From NCBI GenBank assembly GCA_963714975.1, contig CAVQQD010000001.1, forward strand, positions 1-64,000: DNA of 64,000 bases. Direction: 5' to 3'. This stretch comes from an uncultured Gammaproteobacteria bacterium (GTDB lineage: Bacteria; Pseudomonadota; Gammaproteobacteria; JAURND01). A model generated the notes under the pieces. The model had not been told where the DNA came from and searched no databases. It saw only the letters and a list, made by a program, of their open reading frames with translations. Below are positions 20,198-30,428 of this stretch, piece after piece (within the stretch, counting starts at the first letter, position 1; the number at the start of each line of letters is the position of its first letter). The translations under genes and the position numbers were made by a program.

Positions 20198-20949
20198 TGC
20201 GGTTGCTCCTCGCGGGGTTTTCGGCCGCGCTTCTTGCGGATCGATTCGCCGTTGAGTTCGATGCGGTAGGCATTGTGAACCAGGCGGTCGAGAATGCTGT
20301 CGGCGACGGTGGGATCGCCGATCTGTTCGTGCCAGTGCGCGATCGGCATCTGCGAAGTCAGGATCATGGAGCGGCGCTGATAGCGGTCATCGCAGATTTC
20401 CAGAAAGTCGCGGCGCTCGTTGTCTTTCAGCGGAGCCATGGCGAAGTCGTCGAGCACGAGCACATCGATGCGCGAGAGTTTCAGCAGCACCCGGCCGATG
20501 CTGCCGTCCACATGGGCGACCGCGAGATCGCGGAACAGTTCGGTCGTTCTTTTGTGCAGGACGGAGAAGCCGTCACGGCAGGCTTTCTGCGCCAGGGCGC
20601 AGCCCAGCCAGGTTTTCCCGATGCCGGTGGGCCCGATCAGCAGAACGTTCTGGTGCTGGCGAACCCATTCGCTGTTGGCCAGCGTCCGCATGAGTTTGCG
20701 GTCGAGGCCGCGCGGGTGCTGGTAATCGATGTCTTCGATGACGCCGCGCTCCTTCAGACGGGCGGATTGAAGACGGCGCGCCAGCGCCCGGTTCTCTTTC
20801 CATAGCCACTGCTGATCGACGAGCATGCCAAAGCGCTCTTCGAAGCCGAGCTGGCTCGTGTCGGTGGTTTCCAGTTGAGCGCGGAAGGCGTCGGCCATTC
20901 CGTGCAGTTTCATGGTGTGCAGTTTTTCAATCGTCGGTTGATTCAACAT
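20194..20949 (-). CDS. istB: IS21 helper ATPase IstB
   Basis: GPTGIGKT, LVLDDF, ILTSQ, ADSILDRLVHNAY. Confidence 0.95.
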   Translation of the reverse strand: MLNQPTIEKLHTMKLHGMADAFRAQLETTDTSQLGFEERFGMLVDQQWLWKENRALARRLQSARLKERGVIEDIDYQHPRGLDRKLMRTLANSEWVRQHQNVLLIGPTGIGKTWLGCALAQKACRDGFSVLHKRTTELFRDLAVAHVDGSIGRVLLKLSRIDVLVLDDFAMAPLKDNERRDFLEICDDRYQRRSMILTSQMPIAHWHEQIGDPTVADSILDRLVHNAYRIELNGESIRKKRGRKPREEQPQ

Positions 20950-20973
20950 GTGTTCTCTCCTTGGGGTTGTGGT

Positions 20974-22547
20974 TTACTGCAGCAGAGTGGTCGGCGGATC
21001 GTAGTAATGAGCGCCGCGAACGTTTTCATGCTGGGGGCCGGGCCTTTCCGGCTCCAGCGCGAGGGTGGTCTGCCGATCGAGCGAGCGTTTCAGAATGGAC
21101 TTCAGGCTTTGATAGGAGCAGGCCTGCGAGTGCGAGTGCGCGCTGGCTGGCGGCTTCGAGCCGCGCGATTGGAGTAGGTCTTGCCCAGGCGCATGATTCC
21201 CAGGCAGGCGCGATAGCCCATCTCGGGATGCGGCTTGCTTTCGAGGATCGTGCGGACCACTTGCGCGGTGGCCTCGCCCACGGTTTCGGCCCAGTGAATC
21301 AGCCGCGAAGGCGTCCACTCCAGATGCGCCTGATGGCTCTTGGGCATGTGCTCTTGAACCGTGGTGTGCCGGTAAGCCGCGGAGCTGCGCAGATGCGAGG
21401 CGACGCGCTTGCCGAATGGAAGATCTCGACGGTGCGTGGCGGTGAAGCGCGCTTCCAGTTGCTGGCCGGCAAGCTGGTAGGGAACGCTGTAGTAATGACG
21501 GTCGATCTCGACGTGATAATCGATGTTGGCGCGGACCGTTTTCCAGTCGGCGATCACATAGCGTTCGGCGGGCAGCGGCTGCAGAGCGGGCCGGTCCACT
21601 GCGGCGAACAGCGAGGCGCGCGTGCCTTCCCGTTTGCGGAAGGGCCGGTGGTTGAGCCGTTCGAGCAGCTGGCCGATGGCCTCGATTCAGTTCCGCCAGC
21701 GAGAAGAACTTGTGGTGCCGCAGCGCCGCCAATATCCAGCGCTCCACGAGCAGAACGGCATTTTCGACTTTGGCTTTGTCTCTCGGTTTATAGGGCCGCG
21801 CCGGCATGACGGCGATGCCGTAATGCTGCGGCCATCTCGTGATAGGTGCGATTGAGATCCGGCTCATAGCGGCAGGCGCGGTCGACGCCGGTCCGCGGGT
21901 TATCCGGCACGATCAGCTTGGTGGTGCCGTGGAAGAACTCGAAGGCGGCAATGTGGCAGTCGATCCAGTTCGCCAGATCCTGGCTCCAGGCGGCTTGCGC
22001 GAAGGTGTAGGTGCTGGCGCCGAGCACGGCGACGAAGAGCGAAGCCGGCGTGACATCGCCGGTCTGGCGATCGTGGATCGGCACCGTGGGGCCGGCCCAG
22101 TCGACGAACATCTTCTCGCCGGGCTTTGTGTCCTGCCGGAGCACGACGTTGTGATTCCGGTTCCACCGCTGATACAGCTCGCAGAAACGGCTGTAGCCGT
22201 AGCCGTCCGGTTGCGTTTCGCGATACTCTTCCCAGAGCAACTGCAGGGTCACATGTTTGTGACCTTTGAGCTGGCGATGGATTTCGGCGAAGTCCAGGCC
22301 CGGCCGCGAGTTGCTGAGGCGGGCATACGCGGCCGCGTCGGAAACAGCAGCTCATTGAGCCGCCGGTCGTCGCAATCGTCCGGCAACGGCCAAGTCAGGC
22401 CGGCGGCGGCGGCTCTTTCCAGATACCGATGAACGGTCGCCTGACCGATCGAGCAACTGCGGGCGATCTGGTCCTGTCCCAGGCCCAGACCGAACCGCAG
22501 ACGTAGAACTTCCTTGATTTTTCGCATAGACAACCTTTCTGGGGCAC
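20974..22547 (-). CDS. istA: IS21 transposase IstA (several frameshifts)
   Basis: [41 protein letters not shown] in successive frames. Confidence 0.9.
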
Positions 22548-22773
22548 TCAGTTCCCTCCACTTGCCAGTGGAGACAACCGGCGCCCCCTGTTGTCCAGCG
22601 CCGCCGCTCAGATGAAGTTCTTTTCAGAAAATCATTCCGGGGATGTGAATAACGATTCCGGGCCGGGCCGAATTTTTCATCCACTTCGGCCCCGGAATCG
22701 ATTATTCACATCGCCCGGAATCCGTTATTCACATCGCTCCGGAATGATTATTCACATGCCCCGGAATATAGCA

Positions 22774-23145
22774 GCCACGCAAATTCTGGAGATCTTTCCT
22801 CGACGTTGGCCCTTGGAGATTTGCTTCCGCGACGTCAAGCAGTTTCTCGGCTTCGAAGATCCACAGAACCGTGTGGCTGACGCAGCTAAACGCACTGCTC
22901 CCCTAATCTTTTATATCTACGACCTGGTCCTGCTCTGGTACGCGCATTCGGGACATCAACTGGCAGCGAAGTCCGCTCTCGACCGCTTATGGTATCCGAA
23001 AAAAGTCTCGGTTTCCTTCGAGGACATTCTTCGGACCTTACGTCGCGCGACCTGGCAGGAAAGGATTTTCAGTGACTCCGCTCTAGATGCACACACGCGA
23101 AAACTCCTCCAACCCTTTGTGGAATGGGCGAAAGGGCTGGCGTAA
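22774..23145 (+). pseudogene. IS701-like transposase, 3' part
   Basis: ATQILEIF.RRWPLEICFRDVKQ.LG; joins in frame with 18486. Confidence 0.85.
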
Positions 23146-23162
23146 AAGTGCAAAACTCTAGA

Positions 23163-24137
23163 CTAGGACACCGCGCTTAAGGATGGTGCGAAAGATAAAT
23201 CAACCCCAGAGACCTTGACGACGGCCTGCCACGCAGCCTCTTGGCTGGCGCGATCGTGGAGGTGCGGCTGGCGCTGCAGCTCAATCGGGCCGGAGAACTT
23301 TCCTTGTGCCGAAGCGAAGAATTGCCCTGAGACGTCGGTACCAAATTCCGACGCCCGGAGGTAGCGACGGGCCGCGGTCTCCGGCGTCTGATTCATACCA
23401 GGGATGAGGTTCATGATTGGGATCATCAGATACTTCAACGCGAAGCCAGCGCTTCGCACCACCTTGGTCGCGGTCGCGCCACCGGGCGACACGGCGTACA
23501 CAGCCATGCCGGAGGGCAGCCGGCGAGCCAGAGCCGCGACCCACCACGCGATAATGAGCTTCGCGTCGGCATACGCATTGTTGGGCACGTACTTCACGTT
23601 CGGCCCGTTGCGTATCAGGGCTTCGACAGCGGCGGTTCGGTGGCCTTGGTGGTATTTGGCCGCGAAGGCTGGCAGGTCGGTGTATTTGAACATGGGTACG
23701 CCCCCGCGAGCAGGTTCTGCGCCTGCGATAACAATTCGCGCGCTGGGACTCAGCAGGTTGGCGCGGAGCAATCCAACAGCCAGTTGATGATGGCCGATGA
23801 GCGGTGCCTGAGAAGCTTCCATGCCCTCCGCAGTGAGCGCCCGCTTTTTGAAGGGGACCAACCCGGCATTGAGCAGCAGGAAATCGATCTGCTGACCTCG
23901 TTTGACCAGTTCGGCGACGGCGGACTGAACGCTGGACTGCGAGTCCAGATCCAGCTCCAGCGGCGTGAAGATCTTTTTCTTGGTCTCAGCCGCGAGTTGA
24001 GCAGCCGTTTGCTGGACCCGGGCCAGGCTGCGCCCGGTGACGATGACCTGTTTATAGCCCTTGGCGGCGAGCAAGCCGGCTGCCGCATAACCGAGCCCGG
24101 ACGTGGTGCCGGTGACGAGCGCGAACGAATCTTTCAT
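23163..24137 (-). CDS. SDR family NAD(P)-dependent oxidoreductase
   Basis: VTGTTSGLG, LLNAG, YADAK, VSPG. Confidence 0.9.
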   Translation of the reverse strand: MKDSFALVTGTTSGLGYAAAGLLAAKGYKQVIVTGRSLARVQQTAAQLAAETKKKIFTPLELDLDSQSSVQSAVAELVKRGQQIDFLLLNAGLVPFKKRALTAEGMEASQAPLIGHHQLAVGLLRANLLSPSARIVIAGAEPARGGVPMFKYTDLPAFAAKYHQGHRTAAVEALIRNGPNVKYVPNNAYADAKLIIAWWVAALARRLPSGMAVYAVSPGGATATKVVRSAGFALKYLMIPIMNLIPGMNQTPETAARRYLRASEFGTDVSGQFFASAQGKFSGPIELQRQPHLHDRASQEAAWQAVVKVSGVDLSFAPSLSAVS

Positions 24138-24262
24138 GGCGTCTCCATGGTGAAGGGTGAATCTCGAAGGGGCCCCGCGAGGCAGGCGCCACCTTGTAAT
24201 TTTGAACTGTTCAGTTCTATATTGATTGGTACGATGGAAATTGTCAAGGAGTTTTAAACTGA

Positions 24263-24877
24263 ATGGTTCAGAATACCCCTAAGCCGCGTGGACGGCCGCG
24301 TAGCTTCGACGAGACGGGGGCGCTGGAAAAGGCGACTCAGGTGTTCTGGTCGAAAGGCTACGACGGCGTGACGATTGACGATCTGGTCGCCGGGATGGGT
24401 GTCGGACGGCCAAGCCTGTATGCCTTCTTTGGTGACAAGCGGGCGATATTCCTGCGTGTCCTCAAGGCGTATGCCGAGGCGAAGGGCGCTCGCGCTGCGA
24501 AGGCGCTCCTCTCTCCACAGAGTCTCCGCGACTCGATCGCGGCCTTTCTGAGGTACGCCGTCGAAAGTGCGACCGAGAAAGGGTCCGCCCGGGGCTGCCT
24601 TCTGATTTGCGTCGCGCCACTCGTGGACGATGCTGAGGTTAAGCGGTTCCTGCAGAACGCGGTCGCGGGCGGCGCGGCGCTGGTGGAAGGCCGTTTCCGG
24701 GACGCGATCAGCGCAGGCGAAATCCCGTCCGACTTTCCGGTGGTCGAACGCGCGACCCAAGTCACGGATTTTGCTCGTGCCCTGACGATGCGTGCGCTGA
24801 TAGGCACGCCGCGCAAGACGCTCCTCAAAGATGCTGAGGAAGCGACCGACTTGGTGCTCCTGTCACGGCGCGTCTGA
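24263..24877 (+). CDS. TetR/AcrR family regulator, divergent from the SDR gene
   Basis: RGRPRSFD, FWSKGYDGVTIDDL..MGV.RPSLYAFFGDK, GCL. Confidence 0.93.
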   Translation: MVQNTPKPRGRPRSFDETGALEKATQVFWSKGYDGVTIDDLVAGMGVGRPSLYAFFGDKRAIFLRVLKAYAEAKGARAAKALLSPQSLRDSIAAFLRYAVESATEKGSARGCLLICVAPLVDDAEVKRFLQNAVAGGAALVEGRFRDAISAGEIPSDFPVVERATQVTDFARALTMRALIGTPRKTLLKDAEEATDLVLLSRRV

Positions 24878-25194
24878 CGACGCGCCCGAGCGAAGGACTG
24901 TTGCGAGTCTGACCCTGCTGGCTCCCTGCTGGCCCCGTGATGACGACCGTTCGCCCCGCTCAAGCGCAGATCGAGGCTCTGGGGGGCGGTCATCCCGAGC
25001 CAGAACAGCGCCCATGGGCTACACGTCCACTTCAAGCATCGCATCGCTTCCGAGCATGACCAGCAACTCGATCATTGCCCGTCGGGCGTATTCTCCTTCA
25101 TCCATTTCGGGGAAGAGTTTCCTCACTTACGGTAGATGTGGTCTTCGTGGTCGTTTTGGCTGAACTCGTTTTCCATTTCAGTTCTCCCGTACTC

Positions 25195-25350
25195 AATTAA
25201 GCTTGAGAAAATCTCCAAACCGCTCGGCAGCCACGCCGAGGGCGCGCGCCAGACTGAGCTTTGCCACGTTAGGGGCGAAAACGCTGATTGATGTAGTCCA
25301 GTTAGGCTCCGGCGACCGCGTCCTGTGCCTGCATCATCCGCGTGCTCAAC
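25195..25350 (-). pseudogene. TolC-family outer-membrane efflux protein C-terminal remnant
   Basis: QAQDAVAGA*LDYIN then, after a shift, VFAPNVAKLSLARALG. Confidence 0.55.
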
Positions 25351-25649
25351 CAGGGGTTGTCGGCGGTCGAGACGGCGCCGCCGCTTGGCTCGGTCCCGCG
25401 GACCACCTTGATGGCTCGGTTGAACAAATTGGGATCGTACGTGGTGAGCGATACCAATCCGCAGTCACCATAGGCTAACGTGACCGCCGGAAGAATTTTT
25501 CGCACAGGTGTAGGGTGCTGTCAGGAAGAAGAAGCTTCAGCGAGGGTTGGGGTGCGATCGCCGTAAGCGACAGCTCTCCGTGGATGCTCGTCGATCCATA
25601 GCACCGAGTGTCGTCCCCTTCGGGAACGCGAAAACCTCCTGCAAGACGG

Positions 25650-25868
25650 CGTACAGGATTTGTACAAAAGGCCTGAGATTCCTGCGAACACGGTGGTTCC
25701 TGCGATCGCGGTTTCAGTAACTTACACAAAACACTAGAAGGCGGAAAATCCGGGTTCGATCCCTGTTAGCGCTACCAACTATTTTAAAATCAACTACTTG
25801 CAAAAATGCCTGTACATGGTAGGCCCCGCGGACACCGCGATGAAGATGGTGCCAAGGCTGGAATCCAA
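25650..25868 (+). repeat. attP-like repeat copy C (core at 25738-25777)
   Basis: Same motif order as copies A and B, including aaggcggaaaatccgggttcgatccctgttagcgctacca and aatcaactacttg. Confidence 0.85.
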
Positions 25869-26088
25869 TTGTATGCTGGCAGAACTGAGCGACGCTACAT
25901 GGCGTCCCCTCGGAACTAGGCCCTTATCCGGCTCCGGTGACCCCAGGGATTTCGATAGGCGAACGTGAACAATATACATGGACGGCCGGGTCGGGGAATT
26001 AATGACGACTCCTGTTGATGATTTCCGTCTTTGATTTTTGGTGAGTTTTCGGTGAGCGTGCGTAACGGCGGTGAGCCCGACCGGAGAA

Positions 26089-26457
26089 TCAGAAAAGGTA
26101 GCCTCTCGCCACCCAGTAATGCCAGTCCCCAATGGCTTCGGTGGTTGCTTCGTCAGGGTCAATGGGTGTGAGTTGGGACAAGGGAACTGCCATGACACGA
26201 CCGTGCCAGCGGATCAGCACGAGCATGTCAGCGGAGCAGACATCTTCTGGCGCCATGCGATGGACTTCAATGGTTTCTCCTTCCCTGAGCGGTGAAACGA
26301 TCCTGCGAGTGATGCACCTGGCCTGAAAAGGGAATCGGATTTTGTCATCCAGGTAGCTATGCCAGCCCATGGCCTGCTCTTCCGGCCCATTGGCGTCCGC
26401 GATCGCTTCGTTGTGGATTCGGTCTTCCCGTACGGGATCTTTGGCTGTCTTCTTCAT
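26089..26457 (-). CDS. Calcium-binding protein CcbP-like family
   Basis: EDRIHNEAIADANGPEEQAMGW..YL.D.I.FPF.A.C; AVPLSQL; AIGDWHYW. Confidence 0.8.
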   Translation of the reverse strand: MKKTAKDPVREDRIHNEAIADANGPEEQAMGWHSYLDDKIRFPFQARCITRRIVSPLREGETIEVHRMAPEDVCSADMLVLIRWHGRVMAVPLSQLTPIDPDEATTEAIGDWHYWVARGYLF

Positions 26458-27108
26458 GGTTGATGTGCTGTCAGAATCCGGCGGACCGAGGTGCGGCCGA
26501 TTTGCAGACGGCGGGCGATCTCGGCTTTGCTGACGCCGGCGCGGTGCAGCTTCCGGATCTCGGCGGCTTGCAGTCCTGCTGTCATCGGCCGGCCCAGCCG
26601 TTTGCCGTTCTGCCGGGCGTGGGCCAAGCCAGCCCGCAGTTCGTTCCTGTAGAATCTCTCGTTCGAAACTCGCAAACACGGCCAGTAAGCCGGCCATCGC
26701 TCGACCGGCTGGTGTGGTCAGATCCAGCGCCTCGGTCAGCGACACGAAACCGACGCCGAGATGCTCCAGTTCCTGAAGCGTCGCCAGCAGATCCGTCACT
26801 GACCGGCCCCAGCGGTCCAGTCGCCAAACCAGCACGACATCGATCTCCCGGCGGCGTGCAGCCTCCAGCAGTTTCTCGCGAGCTTCTCGTTCGCCGCACC
26901 GGAGCCAACTTCGCGGACCTGCAGGGCGATCGTCCAGCCGCGCCGGGCGACATACTCCCGCATGGCGCGGTTCTGCATCGGGAGCGTCTGCTGGTCGATG
27001 GTGGACACGCGCGCATACAGCCCAGCCCGCAACATTTTCGGCCGTTTTCCGTCGCTGGCCAAAAACGTTATCAGATTTCGCCTTCTGAGATGCCCGTTTG
27101 GCGGCCAT
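26454..27108 (-). CDS. Serine recombinase (resolvase/invertase) with C-terminal HTH, frameshifted
   Basis: YARVST, VWRLDRWGRS, FVSLTEALD.TTPAGR, GRP, IARRLQIGRTSVRR. Confidence 0.88.
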
Positions 27109-27169
27109 TTCGAGAGATCCTCCTGCCTGGCCGAAGACGATCCTTTTCGGCCAGGCAGGATTCATCATA

Positions 27170-28796
27170 TTACGCGGCAGCGGGCGTCGCCAGCCGAGCC
27201 AGCGTCTCGCGGTAGTTCCACGGCATCCACTCCGACGGGTTTCGCTTCAGCTCCTCGGCGTGCCGCAGCAACTCCGTGAGGTAATCGAATGCATTGACGT
27301 CGTTGAGCTCGCAGGTGTGGATCAGGCTCATGAACAGGTCCCCCATCTGCGCTCCCTTCCGGGTCTTGTAAAACAGCGAGTTCTTGCGATGCAGAATGGC
27401 CTTCTTCAGGGCCCTTTCCACGATGTTGTTGTCCAGGGGTACGCCCGGCTTTTTCGAGAAAGAGCGTCAGTTTCTGCCAGTGGTTGAGCAAGTAGGAGAT
27501 CGCCTGCCCCAATCCGGAGTTCGGTTCTACCAGCCTTTCGTCGAACTGGGCCTCGAGCCAGGCGTGCAGTTTGTCCATGACAGGCTTACTGTGCTCCTGG
27601 TGGAAGGCGAGGCGTTCCTCCGCTGACATGCCCTGTTTCCGCGCCTCTGCATCATAGCGGTAAATCTCGCGGAAAGTTTCCAGCACAAATCGGCACGGCT
27701 CAGGAAAATTCGCTGTCACCTTTACAAAATTCCGCCGGCCGTGCGCATTACAGTTGGCAACCAGCGTCTCGACTGTTTTCGGCACGTTGCGCGAGAGGGC
27801 ATCGCACATTTGAATGATGGGTGGCAGGTCGGGAGACCGCAGTTTCAACACCTCCGCCAGATTCTCGCCGGCGTGTTTGCATCCGGTGAAATACAGCGCA
27901 ATCCGGCGCTCTTGAACGATCCACACCAGCCCGCTGGTGAACACGCCGGTCCGCTCCGGCGAGATATCCGCATCCCGGTCCAGCGACAGCACGCGCATGG
28001 AAGTGTCATCATTGTGCACCACTTCGGCTTGCGCGGCCTGGCGCTTGAGTTCCTCCAGGGCTGGTTGGAGCGGGGGCGCGGTCTGCGCCATGATCTCGCA
28101 TTGTGTCGCCGCTGGGAGCGGGATTCCGAGGTTCGCTTCCAGACCTTCCGTCCGATTCCATGGGACCCCGCTGCCGTAGCGCAGCAGGGCGATCATGGCG
28201 GCAGCCGATTCGTCGTACTTCTTCTCGCCGGCCTCGGGCGGAGCTTCGGCCGTGTACACGTTCCCGCACAGATTACATCTCAGCTTTTCCAACTCATAGA
28301 CGGTCGCGGCCAGCGGCGCCTGCCCTTTGATCCGCACCAACACGCCGGGATCGCGCTGCGGATAGACTTTGCCGCTGCACTGCGCATCCGGACACGCGAT
28401 CTCCCGGCTTTAACGACGCGTGCGGCACTTGGCACCTTGGTGCGCCCCGCGATACGCCGCCGCGCTATTACGCCCGTGCCCGGCAGCCGCGCCCTTCGGC
28501 TTCTTCGAAGGCGCTTTCTGACTCGGTTTCTTCTCACCCGTGTCGATACCTGCCTGCTTCAACACCTTGTCGGTTTTCTCGGTGCTGGCAGGACACAACA
28601 ACTCGCGCAATGCCGCCAGGGTCGTTTCCTTCTTCTCCAGCAGTTCGGTCACATAGCCCAGCGTGCGGATCGCAGCTTTCAGCTTGTGATAGCCTTCCTC
28701 CCGCAACGGTTCCTGCTTGGCCTGCTCCAGCAACGCCTCCAACTCCTCCGTGGAAACGTCGATTCGTGGAATGCCCTCTGGGTCGGGCGCCTTCAT
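27170..28796 (-). CDS. IS66-family transposase (frameshifted)
   Basis: GHGRN, LRCNLCG, HNDDT, CNAHGRR, EPNSGLG.AI.Y, ERALKKAILHRKNSLF. Confidence 0.88.
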
Positions 28797-29116
28797 GCTC
28801 CCGCCTCCTGCAGTAACTCGCGAAACCGCCGGTGCACGGGAAGCCCCAGCACCTCTTTGATCGACCGGTTCGGCCGATTCGTATGATCGTCTTTGCCACG
28901 CCCCGTCGTTCTCCCCAGCATCACCCAGTTCGCCGCCCGGTAGCAGGTTCCGCGAAACCGTTCCGGGTCCACGAAGGTTTCCAGAAAATAGATGGGGTGC
29001 CCGTAGAGGCGCTCCCAATCCTGCGATAGCAGGCGGGCCATGCGGCCGAGAAGGTACGAGGCCAAGTGAGGCACCGTCACCCAGGGCAGAATCAGAAAGC
29101 GCGTATTGTAAGCAAC
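28793..29116 (-). pseudogene. DUF4338-domain protein, 3' part
   Basis: NTRFLILPWV.VPHLAS, LETFVD..RF.GTCYRAANW..LG.T.GRG. Confidence 0.85.
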
Positions 29117-29196
29117 GTAGGGTCGAGGACTGGCGCGGTGTTCCGAAGGTCAAGCCTATCTGTAGCTCCCCGTTTCCTCTGGGAGTGCCTCACTAG
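29117..29196 (-). ncRNA. 3' remnant (domain VI and 3' splice site) of a group II intron
   Basis: Reverse strand tagtgaggcactcccagaggaaacggggagctacagataggc..accgcgccagtcctcgaccctac, followed directly by DUF4338 codons. Confidence 0.8.
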
Positions 29197-30428
29197 CCTA
29201 AGTTCGTCACCAAACCGGCGAAACCAAGCCTAAGCCATTGAAAATAGGTTCAGGCGATCGCCGAGTCTGCACTACATTCGCGATGGAACTGAAGATGTTC
29301 GGGCAGGCTGATGCCAAGTTGCCGGAGCAGTGATTTCTGCTCCGCTGTTGGCTCGGTAATGCGGCGCAGGCGGATCTCCCGGCCGTCGGTGGTGGGGAGA
29401 ACGATGTCGGCGCTTTGCAATGTCGAAAGCAGCGCGATCGCCTTCATCGGCGTCATCGGCTGGGCGTTCTCGACTCCACTCGCCGATGGCTTTGGAACAA
29501 TCGCCGGCCGGCGCTTCAGCAGATGTTTAAGCGTGACCCACAGCGCGTAGCCCAGAAACGCCACCATCACGTGAGCCTTGACGCGCGGCTCCAGTTGATG
29601 AAACAAAGGCCGAATCGAAAGCTCGCTCTTCAATGCCCGGAACGACGCCTCCGCCTCCGTCAACTGCATGTACTTGGACCACAACTCTTCCGCCGTCTCC
29701 GCTTGCAGATTCGTGCGCAGCAGATAAGCGCCCTCGCGCGATTCGCGCCAGTTCTTGCGGTCCTCTTTGATCTGCCAGAACAAGCGCACGCCTTCGGCCG
29801 TGTCCTTCAGCGCCACGTCGTACAGATCGTTCACCTGCGGATGCCGCGCCTGGATCTTACCCAGCCGCCGCTCCATCTTGTTGCGGTCTTTCAGCCGCCC
29901 CGTGGCGATGGCTTTCTCCAGACCTTTCAGCGCGGTCTCCATGCTGTTGGAAAATCGATTTCGGATGGCTTTCTCTTTTTCCTTGCGGCCCGAAGTGCGG
30001 CACAGAATGTAAGTCTCCTCGCCTTGCGGAATCGCAACCTTCTTCACTTCCACTTCGGGCCGCACTTGCGTCCAGTCTTCCTTCAGCAACTCCGCTTCAA
30101 ACTGCTTCATCTGGCTGCGCGGCGTGCCCGTCAGATACTGCCCATCGCGTTTGCGGATCGCCGCCAGATTCTCTTCGCTCACAATGCCGCGGTCGAACAC
30201 CCAGATCCTGCGCGCCTTGCCGTACTTACGTTCCACCATGCGCAGAATCGTCTCCATAGTCGAGACATCGGTGCGATTGCCATCGAAGGTTTCGTAGCTG
30301 AACGGGAAACCTTCGTTGTTCACAATCAGCGCGATCACCAACTGTTCGCAGTCGGGTCTGTGATCGCGCGAGTAGCCGCGGCGAATCATCGGATTCTTCT
30401 CCGCCGCGCCTTCCACATACGTGCTGGT
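29197..30428 (-). mobile_element. IS1634-family element, 3' half (transposase C-terminal part 29250-30428)
   Basis: TSTYVEG, RGYSRDHRPDC.Q, FDGN..D, FDRG, AEASFRALKSEL.IRP.FHQ..RV.AH. Confidence 0.88.

Larger units (their letters stand above)
19345..22773 (-). mobile_element. IS21-family element with a third (wHTH/replication-initiator-like) gene
   Basis: TG...CA ends (tgcggattcc / ggaatatagca) with multiple gatgtgaataa / ttattcacat repeats at both ends. Confidence 0.88.
16914..23162 (+). mobile_element. IS701-like (DDE) element with nested IS1380 and IS21
   Basis: 19-bp IR tctagagttttgcactttt/aaaagtgcaaaactctaga; CTAG on both sides (16910-16913, 23163-23166). Confidence 0.85.
26052..29116 (-). 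mobile_element. IS66-like composite (DUF4338, transposase, resolvase, CcbP-like), far end lost
   Basis: gtgagcg at 26052 resembles the IS66 GTAAGCG end; tightly coupled co-oriented genes. Confidence 0.6.

Noticed and set aside
22636-22770. CRISPR-like short repeats (ttattcacat..ccggaat)
   Set aside because: Period about 22-23 bp with no real spacers, mirrored at 19345-19445, no cas genes; these are IS21 terminal transposase-binding repeats
25738-25777. Intact tRNA genes at the three att-like cores
   Set aside because: Only the 3' half is present; no D-arm or 5' acceptor strand
28793-29116. Druantia defence system
   Set aside because: Only a DUF4338 fragment coupled to an IS66 transposase; no DruE helicase or partner genes
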